Part shown: in pieces, positions 39,914 through 47,780 of the stretch
Position numbering within the stretch: position 1 is the first letter of the stretch
Layout: the number at the start of each line of letters is the position of its first letter
Assembly: GCA_043803245.1 (NCBI GenBank)
Contig: JAZDKE010000011.1
Span: 1-60,064, forward strand
Direction: 5' to 3'
Length of the DNA stretch: 60,064 nt
Source: Chloroflexota bacterium
GTDB lineage: Bacteria; Chloroflexota; Dehalococcoidia; Dehalococcoidales; SURF-40
Program-made: the position numbers and the translations under genes
The notes under the pieces: generated by a model
What the model was told of the DNA's origin: nothing
Seen by the model: only the letters and a program-made list of their open reading frames with translations
Databases searched by the model: none

Positions 39914-40765
39914 CTTCACCGCCTCCAGTTCGAGACTGATATCCAGGGCTTTTGCCGAATGAGTCAGGGCGCCTATCGAGATGATATCCACCCCGGTCTC
40001 GGCGATTTCCCGGACATTTTCCAGCCTGACGCCGCCCGATGCTTCCAGCCGCGCCCGACCTGAAACCAGAGCGACGATGGGGCGCATCTCATCGGCGGTC
40101 ATGTTGTCCAGCATGATGGTATCAGCGCCGGCGGCCAGCGCCTCACGAGCCTCATCGAGACTGGTAACTTCCACCTCGACGCAAATCCCCGGCGGCGCGC
40201 CGTCCCTGGCTTTGGTCACAATCTCCCCCAGGCTCATGCCGATGCCGCGCAGCGCCGCCAGGTGATTGTCCTTAATCAGGACGGCGTCCCCCAGGTGAAA
40301 ACGGTGGTTGCGCCCGCCGCCCATCCGCACCGCGTATTTCTCCAGCCAGCGCAGTCCGGGCGTGGTCTTACGGGTATCCACGATGACCGCCCGGCTGCCG
40401 CTAACCCGGGCGACAAACTCGGCCGTCTGGGAAGCGATGCCCGACATCCTCTGGAGAAAATTAAGGGCTACCCGCTCGGCCTTTAGAATACTCGCTACCC
40501 GGCCGGATACGGTGGCCACGACGTCACCGGGCTTTATCCTCTGGCCGTCCCGCGCCAGCACCGTCACCGCGAGCGTTGGGTCTACCTTGAGAAACAGCCG
40601 GCGCAAGACTCCGATGCCGGCTAGCACCCCCGGCGCCTTGACCAGCACCTGTGCCTTCCCCATAAGCTCCTGGGGTATCAGCACCTGGCTCGTGACATCG
40701 CCAAAAGCGGTATCCTCAGCCAGGGCGATGTCCAGAATACGCTCGACCTCGGGAGGTAGTTCCAT
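39908..40765 (-). CDS. nadC: nicotinate-nucleotide pyrophosphorylase (carboxylating)
   Basis: ALAEDTAFGDVTS, VDTRKTTPGLR, DAVLIKDNH, MLDNM motifs. Confidence 0.92.
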   Translation of the reverse strand: MELPPEVERILDIALAEDTAFGDVTSQVLIPQELMGKAQVLVKAPGVLAGIGVLRRLFLKVDPTLAVTVLARDGQRIKPGDVVATVSGRVASILKAERVALNFLQRMSGIASQTAEFVARVSGSRAVIVDTRKTTPGLRWLEKYAVRMGGGRNHRFHLGDAVLIKDNHLAALRGIGMSLGEIVTKARDGAPPGICVEVEVTSLDEAREALAAGADTIMLDNMTADEMRPIVALVSGRARLEASGGVRLENVREIAETGVDIISIGALTHSAKALDISLELEAVKL

Positions 40766-40779
40766 ACACGCCCGTCCAG

Positions 40780-41139
40780 TTAGCCCACGTTTACCTTGTG
40801 GTGGATACCGCCCCTGGCCACTCTAATGGTGCCCGACTCGACTTTCAGCACGACGCTTTCTTCGTCGGTGCTATCGACGACACCGTAAATACCGCCGACG
40901 GTAATCACCCGGTCGCCTTTTTTCAAGCTTTCTATAAGCTGCTGCTGCTCTTTCTGGCGGCGGCGCTGCGGCCTGATGGTGAGAAAGTAAAACATGGCAA
41001 AAATGAGCACCAGGACGACGATGAGAGTCACCGTATCAGTCCCGCCACCCGTCGTCCCGGTCGCCGGTAGACCACAACCACCGAGCAGCAGGACACCGAA
41101 CAGCCCCGATAATAACCCTAAAACCTTAAAGCTTTTCAT
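40780..41139 (-). CDS. yajC: preprotein translocase subunit YajC with extra N-terminal lipoprotein-like signal
   Basis: FYFLTIRPQRRRQKEQQ...GDRVITVGGIYG core. N-terminus MKSFKVLGLLSGLFGVLLLGGC carries an LGGC lipobox. Confidence 0.85.
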   Translation of the reverse strand: MKSFKVLGLLSGLFGVLLLGGCGLPATGTTGGGTDTVTLIVVLVLIFAMFYFLTIRPQRRRQKEQQQLIESLKKGDRVITVGGIYGVVDSTDEESVVLKVESGTIRVARGGIHHKVNVG

Positions 41140-41148
41140 TTCCCTCCT

Positions 41149-42414
41149 CTATTCCTGGCCGATGACGGCCTCTAATTGGCCCCCAAGCGACCAGGGACTT
41201 GTTTTTGTTATTCTGACCATGACCAACTCCCCAGGGTAGCTGCCACTATCGCGGAAGAAAACCAGCTTATCGCCCGGGGTGCGCCCGTACCACTTGCCCT
41301 TTTTGCGGCCGGTAACCAGCACCTCTAGCGTCTGGCCACTCAGAGCCGTGTTAATCTCCGCGCTAATCCGCTCTTGCAGCGCTTCCGCCTCGGCCAGCCT
41401 GGCCCGCTTTTCCTCAGGCGGGACATCGTCCTTAAGCTCCCGCCAGGCGATGGTCCCCGGCCGGGGGGAGTAAGCCGCCAGGTGGACGGTATCGAACTTT
41501 AGCTCCGAAAGGAGCGCCAGGGTCTCGCGGAACTGCGCCGGCGTCTCCCCGGGAAAGCCCACGATAACGTCGGTGCTGAGGGCCACGGCGGGTATGCCGC
41601 GGCGTATGTGGCCGACCAGCTCGCGGTACTGAGCCACGGTGTAGCCCCGCCGCATGCTCTCAAGCACCGGGTCGCTACCGGCCTGCACCGGCAGACAGAG
41701 CTGCCGGCAGACTTTGTCCAGTCGGGCGACCGTCTCAATCAGGCGAGAACTCAAGTCCTTGGGATGATTGGTCAGGAAGCGGATTCGTTTTAGTCCCGCA
41801 GCGGCGTTAAGCTCGGAGAGCAAATCGCTGAGGTCAGACCCGGACTCAAGGTCGTGCCCGTAGGAGTCCACATTCTGGCCAAGTAAAATTACCTCTTTGG
41901 TGCCCCCCTGCACCAGCCCTCTCACCTCGGCAACGACCTCGGTCAGTGGCCGGCTCTTTTCCCGCCCGCGGCGGTAGGGCACGATGCAATAGGCACAGAA
42001 GTTATCGCAGCCCTGGATAATGGGCACGTAAGCGGTGACCGCCGTCCGCGCCGGGGCTGGCAACCTCGACCCGCCCCCACCATCCAGCCACGAGGGCACT
42101 TCCCCGGCCCGGAAAAAGTGGTCAACGTGCGGGAACTTTTCCTTGAGTTCCGTAAGGTTGGAGTCCACCAGGCAACCGGTCAGGGCCAGAACAAGCTCCG
42201 GCCTTAGCCTCTTCACCGCTCTCAGGGCATCCAGCTTGCCAAGCACCCGGTTTTCGGCGCTCTGGCGCACGACGCAGCTATTCAAAATGACCAGGTCGGC
42301 GCTTACGGGGTCACTCGCTGCCTCGTAGCCCCGGCGGGCAAGATAACCGCCCAGCCGCTCCGACTCAGCCTGGTTCATCTGACAGCCAATCGTCCAGACG
42401 TAATAACCCGGCAC
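41149..42414 (-). CDS. miaB: tRNA methylthiotransferase, MiaB family (radical SAM plus TRAM)
   Basis: TIGCQMNQAESE, NSCVVR, GCDNFCAYCIVPYRRG. Confidence 0.88.
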   Translation of the reverse strand: MPGYYVWTIGCQMNQAESERLGGYLARRGYEAASDPVSADLVILNSCVVRQSAENRVLGKLDALRAVKRLRPELVLALTGCLVDSNLTELKEKFPHVDHFFRAGEVPSWLDGGGGSRLPAPARTAVTAYVPIIQGCDNFCAYCIVPYRRGREKSRPLTEVVAEVRGLVQGGTKEVILLGQNVDSYGHDLESGSDLSDLLSELNAAAGLKRIRFLTNHPKDLSSRLIETVARLDKVCRQLCLPVQAGSDPVLESMRRGYTVAQYRELVGHIRRGIPAVALSTDVIVGFPGETPAQFRETLALLSELKFDTVHLAAYSPRPGTIAWRELKDDVPPEEKRARLAEAEALQERISAEINTALSGQTLEVLVTGRKKGKWYGRTPGDKLVFFRDSGSYPGELVMVRITKTSPWSLGGQLEAVIGQE

Positions 42415-42478
42415 CAGCCATCTCCATTAAAAATAATCCCCTTTCCCAGGGGCTAGCGATGGTCTCCGAAAAAAGCGG

Positions 42479-42567
42479 CGGAGGGAGTGGGATTCGAACC
42501 CACGACCCCGTTTAACCGGGGCAAGCGCTTAGCAGGCGCCCGCACTAGGCCTCTATGCGATCCCTCC
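42479..42567 (-). tRNA. tRNA-Ser (anticodon GCU), long variable arm, CCA not encoded
   Basis: Manual fold: acceptor GGAGGGA/TCCCTCC, anticodon stem GGCGC/GCGCT with loop CTGCTAA, variable stem CCCCG/CGGGG, T arm GTGGG-TTCGAAT-CCCAC. Confidence 0.88.
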
Positions 42568-42810
42568 CTAAAACAGTTTTTATTATAGCACAAGTTGAGA
42601 TAATGCCACCGCAACGCGGTTTGATAAAAAGGGGGCAAAGGGGAAGCTTCGGCACCGTGAGCAAGCCGCAGGGCAGCCGAAAAGGTTGTCGCTTTAAGGA
42701 ATTAACCGGTTTGGGCACCCAACCCGAAGTTGTTGATACGTAACGCCCAAAGTATGCGCAAAACGTCTTTGGGCCTGCTTGCGGCACCACTTATGGCGTT
42801 TTAGGTGGGG

Positions 42811-43014
42811 CTAACGGCCAATGGCTACCGGCAGTTTCTCAGAAGCCGCCTTTACGGGCGGTTTCTTTAAGGCCGACCTATGGTTAGTTCCGGCGGAATC
42901 GGCGTGGACGGCACCACACTGGATGCAGGCCAGGAAATCACCGAAGACATCGTGTTCTTTGTATAACTGGCCGCCACAGCGCCGGCACGACCCCGCCTTC
43001 CGGGATACCAACAT
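42811..43014 (-). CDS. small zinc-ribbon protein (67 aa), paralog of 52492..52749
   Basis: ATG 43014 lies 8 nt after GGGAGG; the ORF-track start 43038 has no SD. Motif C-x2-C-x-G...D-x2-G-x-F-x2-CIQCG-x2-H is shared with the second copy. Confidence 0.6.
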   Translation of the reverse strand: MLVSRKAGSCRRCGGQLYKEHDVFGDFLACIQCGAVHADSAGTNHRSALKKPPVKAASEKLPVAIGR

Positions 43015-43242
43015 CGGGCTTGCCTCCCAAACGGTCATCGGCTTTTGTTAGCTTATGACTTAAGCCAATGATAAGGCGAACGCCAATGATTTGGGAGGTA
43101 CTTAACACCCAAGTTAACTGGGTGATGGCCATAAACTCAGACTAAGCCGGCACCCGGCAATAGTCGCAAAACAGTTGCCCGCCCCCGGCTTCAAACGGAC
43201 AGGCGCACTATATTTAGAATAACCACCCGTTTCCTGGTTAGT

Positions 43243-43458
43243 CTAGTCGGCCCGCTCAACCTTAAAGGAGACCTTTACCTTCGCCCGGTAGTTGAGCACC
43301 TTGTTATCATCAATCTGTATATCCAGCTCGACCACCTCGGCAACGCGCAGGTCACGCAGGGTCTTGCCCGCCATCTCCACCGCACTACCCGCCGCCTTCT
43401 CCCAGGACTCGGGACTGGTACCCACGAGCTCAAGAATCTTGTAAACGGAGTTGGTCAT
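43243..43458 (-). CDS. dodecin-family flavin-binding protein
   Basis: ATG 43458 lies 5 nt after AAGGAGG. SVYKILELVGTSPESWEKAAGSAVEMAGKTLRDLRVAEVVELD matches the dodecin pattern. Confidence 0.8.
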   Translation of the reverse strand: MTNSVYKILELVGTSPESWEKAAGSAVEMAGKTLRDLRVAEVVELDIQIDDNKVLNYRAKVKVSFKVERAD

Positions 43459-43556
43459 ATCTGCCTCCTTCATCTTAGTAAAATACCGGAGTTAAAGACT
43501 CTACCAATATGCTAACACCCTTATTCCCGGCGGTCAACGCTGGTCGTCATTTCGGG

Positions 43557-44477
43557 TTAGCGGCGCGCCGCCCCGATAATGTCCGCGATATCCCTGACCC
43601 CCTCTTTCTCCAGGAAACTCTCAATGCCGCGCAGCACTTCAATGGGGGCTTCGGGGCTGGTGAGATTCGCGGTGCCGACCTGCACGGCACGGGCCCCGGC
43701 CATCAGGAATTCGAGCGCGTCCCGGGCGGTACTGATGCCGCCGCAGCCGATGACCGGCAGGCTAACCGCCCCGGCCACCTGCCAGACCAGGTAAAGCGCC
43801 ACCGGCCTGATGGCCGGCCCGGAGAGGCCGCCGCTTGAGTTCCCCAGCACCGGGCGGCGGCGGACAACGTCGATGGCCATGCCCTTCAGGGTATTGGCCA
43901 CGGTCAGGGCATCCGCCCCGGCGTTCTCAACCGCCTCGGCCACTTTGACGATGTTGCCCGTGTTCGGAGTGAGCTTGACCAGCAGCGGCAGCCCGGTTAC
44001 GGCGCGCACCGCCCCGACCACCCGCGCCGCCGGAGCCGGCTCGGCACCGAACTCGGCCCCACCCGCCCGGATATTAGGGCAGCTGATATTGACCTCGATG
44101 GCACTTATGCCCTTGACGCCTTCCAGCCCCGCAGCAATCTCGGCGTATTCCGCCTCTGTCTCCCCGGCGATGTTGACCACCACCGGCACCCGCCAGCCCG
44201 CCCAGACCGGCGCCTTTCCCCGGAGCAGGGATTCAAGGCCGATATTCTGCAGACCAATGGCATTGAGCATGCCCGCCGGCGTCTCGGCCACCCGAGGCAG
44301 AGGGTTACCTTCCCGGGGTTTTAGAGTGGTGCCTTTGCAGACGATGGCCCCCAGCTCCTGGATATCAAAGGGGTGAGGGTACTCGGTGCCGTAGCCGAAG
44401 GTGCCGGAAGCGGTCATCACCGGGTTTTTCAAGAGTAGTCCAGGAGTGCGGGCCACCAGCAAAACCGAAAGATTCAT
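43557..44477 (-). CDS. pyrD: dihydroorotate dehydrogenase, class 1 (catalytic subunit)
   Basis: Starts MNLSVLL at 44477. NPVMTASGTFGYG, NAIGLQN, NISCPN (active-site Cys), GGLSGPAI, IGCGGI. The ORF-track N-terminal 71 aa is an extension. Confidence 0.9.
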   Translation of the reverse strand: MNLSVLLVARTPGLLLKNPVMTASGTFGYGTEYPHPFDIQELGAIVCKGTTLKPREGNPLPRVAETPAGMLNAIGLQNIGLESLLRGKAPVWAGWRVPVVVNIAGETEAEYAEIAAGLEGVKGISAIEVNISCPNIRAGGAEFGAEPAPAARVVGAVRAVTGLPLLVKLTPNTGNIVKVAEAVENAGADALTVANTLKGMAIDVVRRRPVLGNSSGGLSGPAIRPVALYLVWQVAGAVSLPVIGCGGISTARDALEFLMAGARAVQVGTANLTSPEAPIEVLRGIESFLEKEGVRDIADIIGAARR

Positions 44478-44605
44478 CAAGCCCCTTGCGGCACCGAAAT
44501 CCCGGTGCCTGCTTACTACCGGAAGCGAAGATGTGCAACCATCTTCCCAGCCGCCTTCCCGTTGATTATAGTGGCTTAAGTGGCATTGTGACAAGTCCGG
44601 GCAGC

Positions 44606-44634
44606 TTGACGACGGCAGTCGCCGGCAGTATAAT
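44606..44634 (+). promoter_or_regulatory. sigma70 promoter TTGACG-17 nt-TATAAT upstream of yggS
   Basis: TTGACG 44606-44611, 17-nt spacer, TATAAT 44629-44634. Confidence 0.6.
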
Positions 44635-44717
44635 TTGCCGTGCACCGGGGGACAGTCTCCCTGCCCGACCCGACTTAAACCAGAACTCACGCCCGAACCC
44701 GCCGTTTCTTATCCAAA

Positions 44718-45371
44718 ATGATTGGACAAAACATCAAAAAACTGCTCGGGGAACTACCGCCGGGCGTGGTCCTGGTCGCCGTCGCCAAAGGCCGCACCCC
44801 GTCCGAAGTGCTGCAAGCCGTCCGGGCCGGGGCAAAAATCATCGGCGAAAACTACGTCCAGGAAGCCGAATGCGCCTGCGAGATGGTCGGCCGGCAGGCG
44901 GCGTGGCATTTAATCGGCCACCTCCAGAAAAACAAGGTCAAGAAAGCGGTGAGGCTGTTCGACCTCATCCAGACGGTTGATTCGCTGGCGCTTGCCTGCG
45001 AGATTGACCGGCGCAGTGCTGAAATCGGTAAAGTTATGCCGGTGCTCATCGAGATAAACAGCGGCTGCGAGCCCCAGAAAAGCGGGGTGCTGCCCGAAGA
45101 TGCTCCCATCCTGGCCAGGGAGATGGGCAAGCTGAAAAACGTTCACCTCGCCGGGCTAATGACCATCGGCCCTTACTCACCTTGCCCCGAGGATTTGAGG
45201 CCCTATTTTGCCCGGACGAGAGCGTTATTCGATTACCTCGCCAGCCTTCACCTGACCGGCGGCGAGATGCAGCACCTCTCCATGGGGATGACAGACTCCT
45301 ACCGTATCGCCATTGAGGAAGGGGCCAATATGGTGCGCATCGGCACCGCCATCTTCGGCGCCCGGACTTAA
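44718..45371 (+). CDS. yggS: YggS-family pyridoxal-phosphate homeostasis protein
   Basis: LVAVAKGRT (PLP Lys), IGENYVQE, HLIGHLQKNK, LSMGMTDSY. Confidence 0.9.
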   Translation: MIGQNIKKLLGELPPGVVLVAVAKGRTPSEVLQAVRAGAKIIGENYVQEAECACEMVGRQAAWHLIGHLQKNKVKKAVRLFDLIQTVDSLALACEIDRRSAEIGKVMPVLIEINSGCEPQKSGVLPEDAPILAREMGKLKNVHLAGLMTIGPYSPCPEDLRPYFARTRALFDYLASLHLTGGEMQHLSMGMTDSYRIAIEEGANMVRIGTAIFGART

Positions 45372-45377
45372 AATGGT

Positions 45378-45407
45378 TTGACACCCGCAGCCCGGGATGA
45401 TTATAAT
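45378..45407 (+). promoter_or_regulatory. sigma70 promoter TTGACA-18 nt-TATAAT driving the tRNA cluster
   Basis: TTGACA 45378-45383; TATAAT 45402-45407. tRNA-Leu begins 11 nt later. Confidence 0.6.
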
Positions 45408-45417
45408 CCTAATGCGT

Positions 45418-45503
45418 GCCGAAGTGGCGGAATGGCAGACGCGCTACGTTCAGGGCGTAGTGTCCGCAAGGGCGTGGGAGTTCAAATCTCCCCTTCGGCA
45501 CCA
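45418..45503 (+). tRNA. tRNA-Leu (anticodon CAG), CCA encoded
   Basis: Acceptor GCCGAAG/CTTCGGC, anticodon stem CTACG/CGTAG with loop TTCAGGG, long variable arm, T arm GGGAG-TTCAAAT-CTCCC. Confidence 0.9.
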
Positions 45504-45511
45504 GCTAAAAA

Positions 45512-45588
45512 GCGCTTGTAGCTCAGTTGGATAGAGCGCAGCCCTGCGGAGGCTGAGGTCGTGGGTTCGAGCCCCACCAAGCGCGCCA
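45512..45588 (+). tRNA. tRNA-Arg (anticodon GCG), CCA encoded
   Basis: 77 nt cloverleaf parsed by hand: acceptor GCGCTTG/CAAGCGC, D arm GCTC-AGTTGGATA-GAGC, anticodon stem CAGCC/GGCTG with loop CTGCGGA. Confidence 0.85.
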
Positions 45589-45595
45589 CTCCCCC

Positions 45596-45672
45596 GGGCG
45601 GTTAGCTCAGCTGGTCAGAGCACCTGCTTTACACGCAGGGGGTCAGAGGTTCAAGTCCTCTACCGCCCACCA
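45596..45672 (+). tRNA. tRNA-Val (anticodon UAC), CCA encoded
   Basis: Acceptor GGGCGGT/ACCGCCC, anticodon stem CCTGC/GCAGG with loop TTTACAC, T arm AGAGG-TTCAAGT-CCTCT. Confidence 0.9.
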
Positions 45673-45686
45673 CTTTTAGAAGCTAA

Positions 45687-45727
45687 AAAAGCCCTCATGC
45701 TGGTTATGGCGTGGGGGCTTTTCTTGT
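45687..45727 (+). terminator. Rho-independent terminator after the tRNA cluster (possibly bidirectional)
   Basis: AAAAGCCCTCATGC / GCGTGGGGGCTTTT stem with G-U pairs, loop TGGTTATG, then TTCTT. Confidence 0.55.
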
Positions 45728-45765
45728 AAATGGCATTAATTTGGCACTAATCAAACACTGACATA

Positions 45766-46467
45766 CTATTCAAGCTTAAGGTTGAAGCTAAAATTTTGAC
45801 TTTCATCTGGAATGTCTAGCATTCCAGAAATACCCATCTGTCCGTTCATGTGGATACCAACTTGAAAACGATTGCTAATCGACTGGCAATATGGAAACAA
45901 AGCCTTGATTAGCGCCATTATCTTAACTATATTCTGTTGGATAGTAGATTGAATTTCTGACTGGTCGCTCGGAATGACGATTTTTTCGATAATTGTTGGA
46001 TGTATTGTTTCGACTAATTGCTTATTCAATTCTGAGGGATATATTATTGCTGGGTCGCCTGGTCCATAAAAAACGAAATTATCCGGATTAAGACTCTCAT
46101 GATAGACTCCAACTCGAAGCGTCGATACTTCATTAAGAAAAGTATAGTAAGTGAATATCCAACCCGTTTGTGCTATTGAAGTATCTATCATAGGGTCATG
46201 ATTCCAGATTTGCCGTATTTCTTCGCGTGCTTCTTTAATGATAAGTAACATAATATTGGTGTCTGTAATTATCTTGGTGGAAAATCTACTATTCACTAAA
46301 TCAATTAACGGGGCAAACCCAGCTCCTGTAATCAATCCCATATTGGTCTTTTGTACTTTCGATTCATTGTCATCATAAAATGGAGATTTCGGTTTTAAAT
46401 ACGTTATTCGGGTATCTGCGGCTAAGATACCATACAATCCAGCATTGATTCCAATAGCTATGGTCAC
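45766..46467 (-). CDS. hypothetical protein with proteasome-beta/HslV-like Ntn-hydrolase N-terminus; low-GC island gene
   Basis: GTG start 7 nt after AAGGAAGG. M-TIAIGINAGLYGILAADTRIT places Thr at position 1 after Met removal and Asp at position 17. SKVQKT...ITGAG follows, as in proteasome beta folds. Two sampled 60-nt lines give 33% GC. Confidence 0.45.
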   Translation of the reverse strand: MTIAIGINAGLYGILAADTRITYLKPKSPFYDDNESKVQKTNMGLITGAGFAPLIDLVNSRFSTKIITDTNIMLLIIKEAREEIRQIWNHDPMIDTSIAQTGWIFTYYTFLNEVSTLRVGVYHESLNPDNFVFYGPGDPAIIYPSELNKQLVETIHPTIIEKIVIPSDQSEIQSTIQQNIVKIMALIKALFPYCQSISNRFQVGIHMNGQMGISGMLDIPDESQNFSFNLKLE

Positions 46468-46488
46468 TTTTTAGCCTTCCTTTAATTC

Positions 46489-46510
46489 AATAGGATTTCC
46501 TTATCCTATT
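46489..46510. promoter_or_regulatory. 8-bp inverted repeat AATAGGAT-TTCCTT-ATCCTATT just upstream of the island gene RBS
   Basis: Read directly. Lies 14 nt upstream of the SD of 45766..46467. Confidence 0.35.
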
Positions 46511-46579
46511 CAACAACAGCCTTTATTGGCAATACAATATCATCAAACTTATTAGCGGCGGTTGACGGGTCAGGACTCA

Positions 46580-47161
46580 TCACTTCCCCCCGTAATATCC
46601 CAGCGCCCGCCTGATTTTTTCCTCCAGGCTGAGGCCGGGGTCGCGGGGCTGGCTGGCGACCGCCTGAGCCGCCTCGGTGGTGGAGTAGCCCAGCGAGACC
46701 AGCGCCGCCAGCACCTCGGAATTCTCCGGGGCAAGCTCCGGGGCAGACGCCAGCATTCCGGCGCTCACCTTGTCTTTCAACTCAAGGATGAGGCGCTCCG
46801 CCGTCTTCTTGCCGATGCCGGGCACCCGGGTCAGCACCAGGATGTTGCCGGTGGCGATGGCCGCCGCCAGCTTTTCAGAGTCCATGGTGCTGAGCATGGC
46901 CAGGGCGAGCTTTGGGCCGATGCCGGAGACCCCGATGAGCGTCTCGAACAGGCCCAGCTCCTCGGCAGAGGTCGAGCCGTAGAGGCTGATGTTGTCCTCA
47001 CGGACGTGGAGGTGGGTAAAGAGCTTGACCCTGTCCCCGGGGCTGCCCAACCGGCTCAAGGAAGAGGTCGGCAGGTGCACCCTGAAACCGACACCGCCAG
47101 CATTGATAATCACCCAGTCGGCACCCAGCGCTTCCAGTATCCCGGTCAAACTCGCAATCAT
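46580..47161 (-). CDS. ruvA: Holliday junction branch-migration complex subunit RuvA
   Basis: MIASLTGIL...VIINAGGVGFRVHLP, HhH motifs LIGVSGIGPKLA and LTRVPGIGKKTAERL. Confidence 0.93.
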   Translation of the reverse strand: MIASLTGILEALGADWVIINAGGVGFRVHLPTSSLSRLGSPGDRVKLFTHLHVREDNISLYGSTSAEELGLFETLIGVSGIGPKLALAMLSTMDSEKLAAAIATGNILVLTRVPGIGKKTAERLILELKDKVSAGMLASAPELAPENSEVLAALVSLGYSTTEAAQAVASQPRDPGLSLEEKIRRALGYYGGK

Positions 47162-47665
47162 CTAATCACCCTCCGCAGCGGCTATCAGGCGGTCAAGACG
47201 CACCTGGCGCAGGTGGCAGATGGCGGCGGCCAGGGCATCGGCGGCATCACTTGGCTCAGGGACGCAGTCCATCCCCAGTTGCAGTTTCACCATCTCCTGA
47301 ATCTGTTCCTTGGAGCTGGCACCGTAATCGGCGACCGTCTGTTTTATCTGGGCCGGGGTGTATTCGTAGCTGGGCAGGCCGGAGCTGGCGGCGGCCAAAA
47401 TGGCCACGGCCTGCGCCCGGCCAACCGCCAGGGCGGAACGCACGTTCTTGGCCAGGAACGGCTGCTCGATGGCCACCACCTCCGGCTTAAACCGCGCGAT
47501 GATTCCCCGCAGTTGTTGATAATAGTAGTACAAACGCTCGCCGATGGGGGAAGTCGCCGGACGCCTCAAGGCACCGCAGACCACCAGGGCCATATCATCA
47601 CCCTCGCTCACCACCACCCCGTAGCCCATGCTCACCGTGCCCGGGTCAATTCCCAAGACCTTCAT
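47162..47665 (-). CDS. ruvC: crossover junction endodeoxyribonuclease RuvC
   Basis: MKVLGIDPGTVSMGYGVV, AIEQPF, DAADALAAAICH. Confidence 0.93.
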   Translation of the reverse strand: MKVLGIDPGTVSMGYGVVVSEGDDMALVVCGALRRPATSPIGERLYYYYQQLRGIIARFKPEVVAIEQPFLAKNVRSALAVGRAQAVAILAAASSGLPSYEYTPAQIKQTVADYGASSKEQIQEMVKLQLGMDCVPEPSDAADALAAAICHLRQVRLDRLIAAAEGD

Positions 47666-47780
47666 CTATGTGTCAACATCCGAGGTAGTTGAGCATAAAA
47701 CCTGGAGCATACTTTTGTCGGGGAATTCGCCATTACGCGCTAGTATTATGTCGTTGAATATAAAATATTCCGGGAGCGCT

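Noticed and set aside
42479-42567. Possible tRNA-Sec, given the Sec-containing selD and the long variable arm
   Set aside because: The anticodon loop reads CUGCUAA, so the anticodon is GCU rather than UCA. The 7-bp acceptor and 5-bp T-stem geometry is ordinary type II tRNA-Ser.
44478-44690. N-terminal extension of pyrD in the ORF track. Similar extensions occur at 59469..59759 for acr3, 57737..57886 for the radical SAM gene, and 9725..9826 for aor.
   Set aside because: The extensions are Arg/Pro/Cys-rich, overlap neighbouring genes or promoters, and precede internal starts that match family N-termini.
45728-46560. Direct repeats (att-like) flanking the Ntn-hydrolase island. Compare TTGGCACTAATCAAAC at the left with TTGGCAATACAATATCATCAAAC at the right.
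   Set aside because: The similarity needs an 8-nt gap and falls in AT-rich sequence. No copy of the tRNA-Val 3' end is present on the far side, so no confident att sites.
46562-47692. 376-aa + strand ORF
   Set aside because: It is antisense to well-supported ruvA and ruvC. The Arg/Gly/Gln-rich composition is typical of high-GC shadow ORFs.
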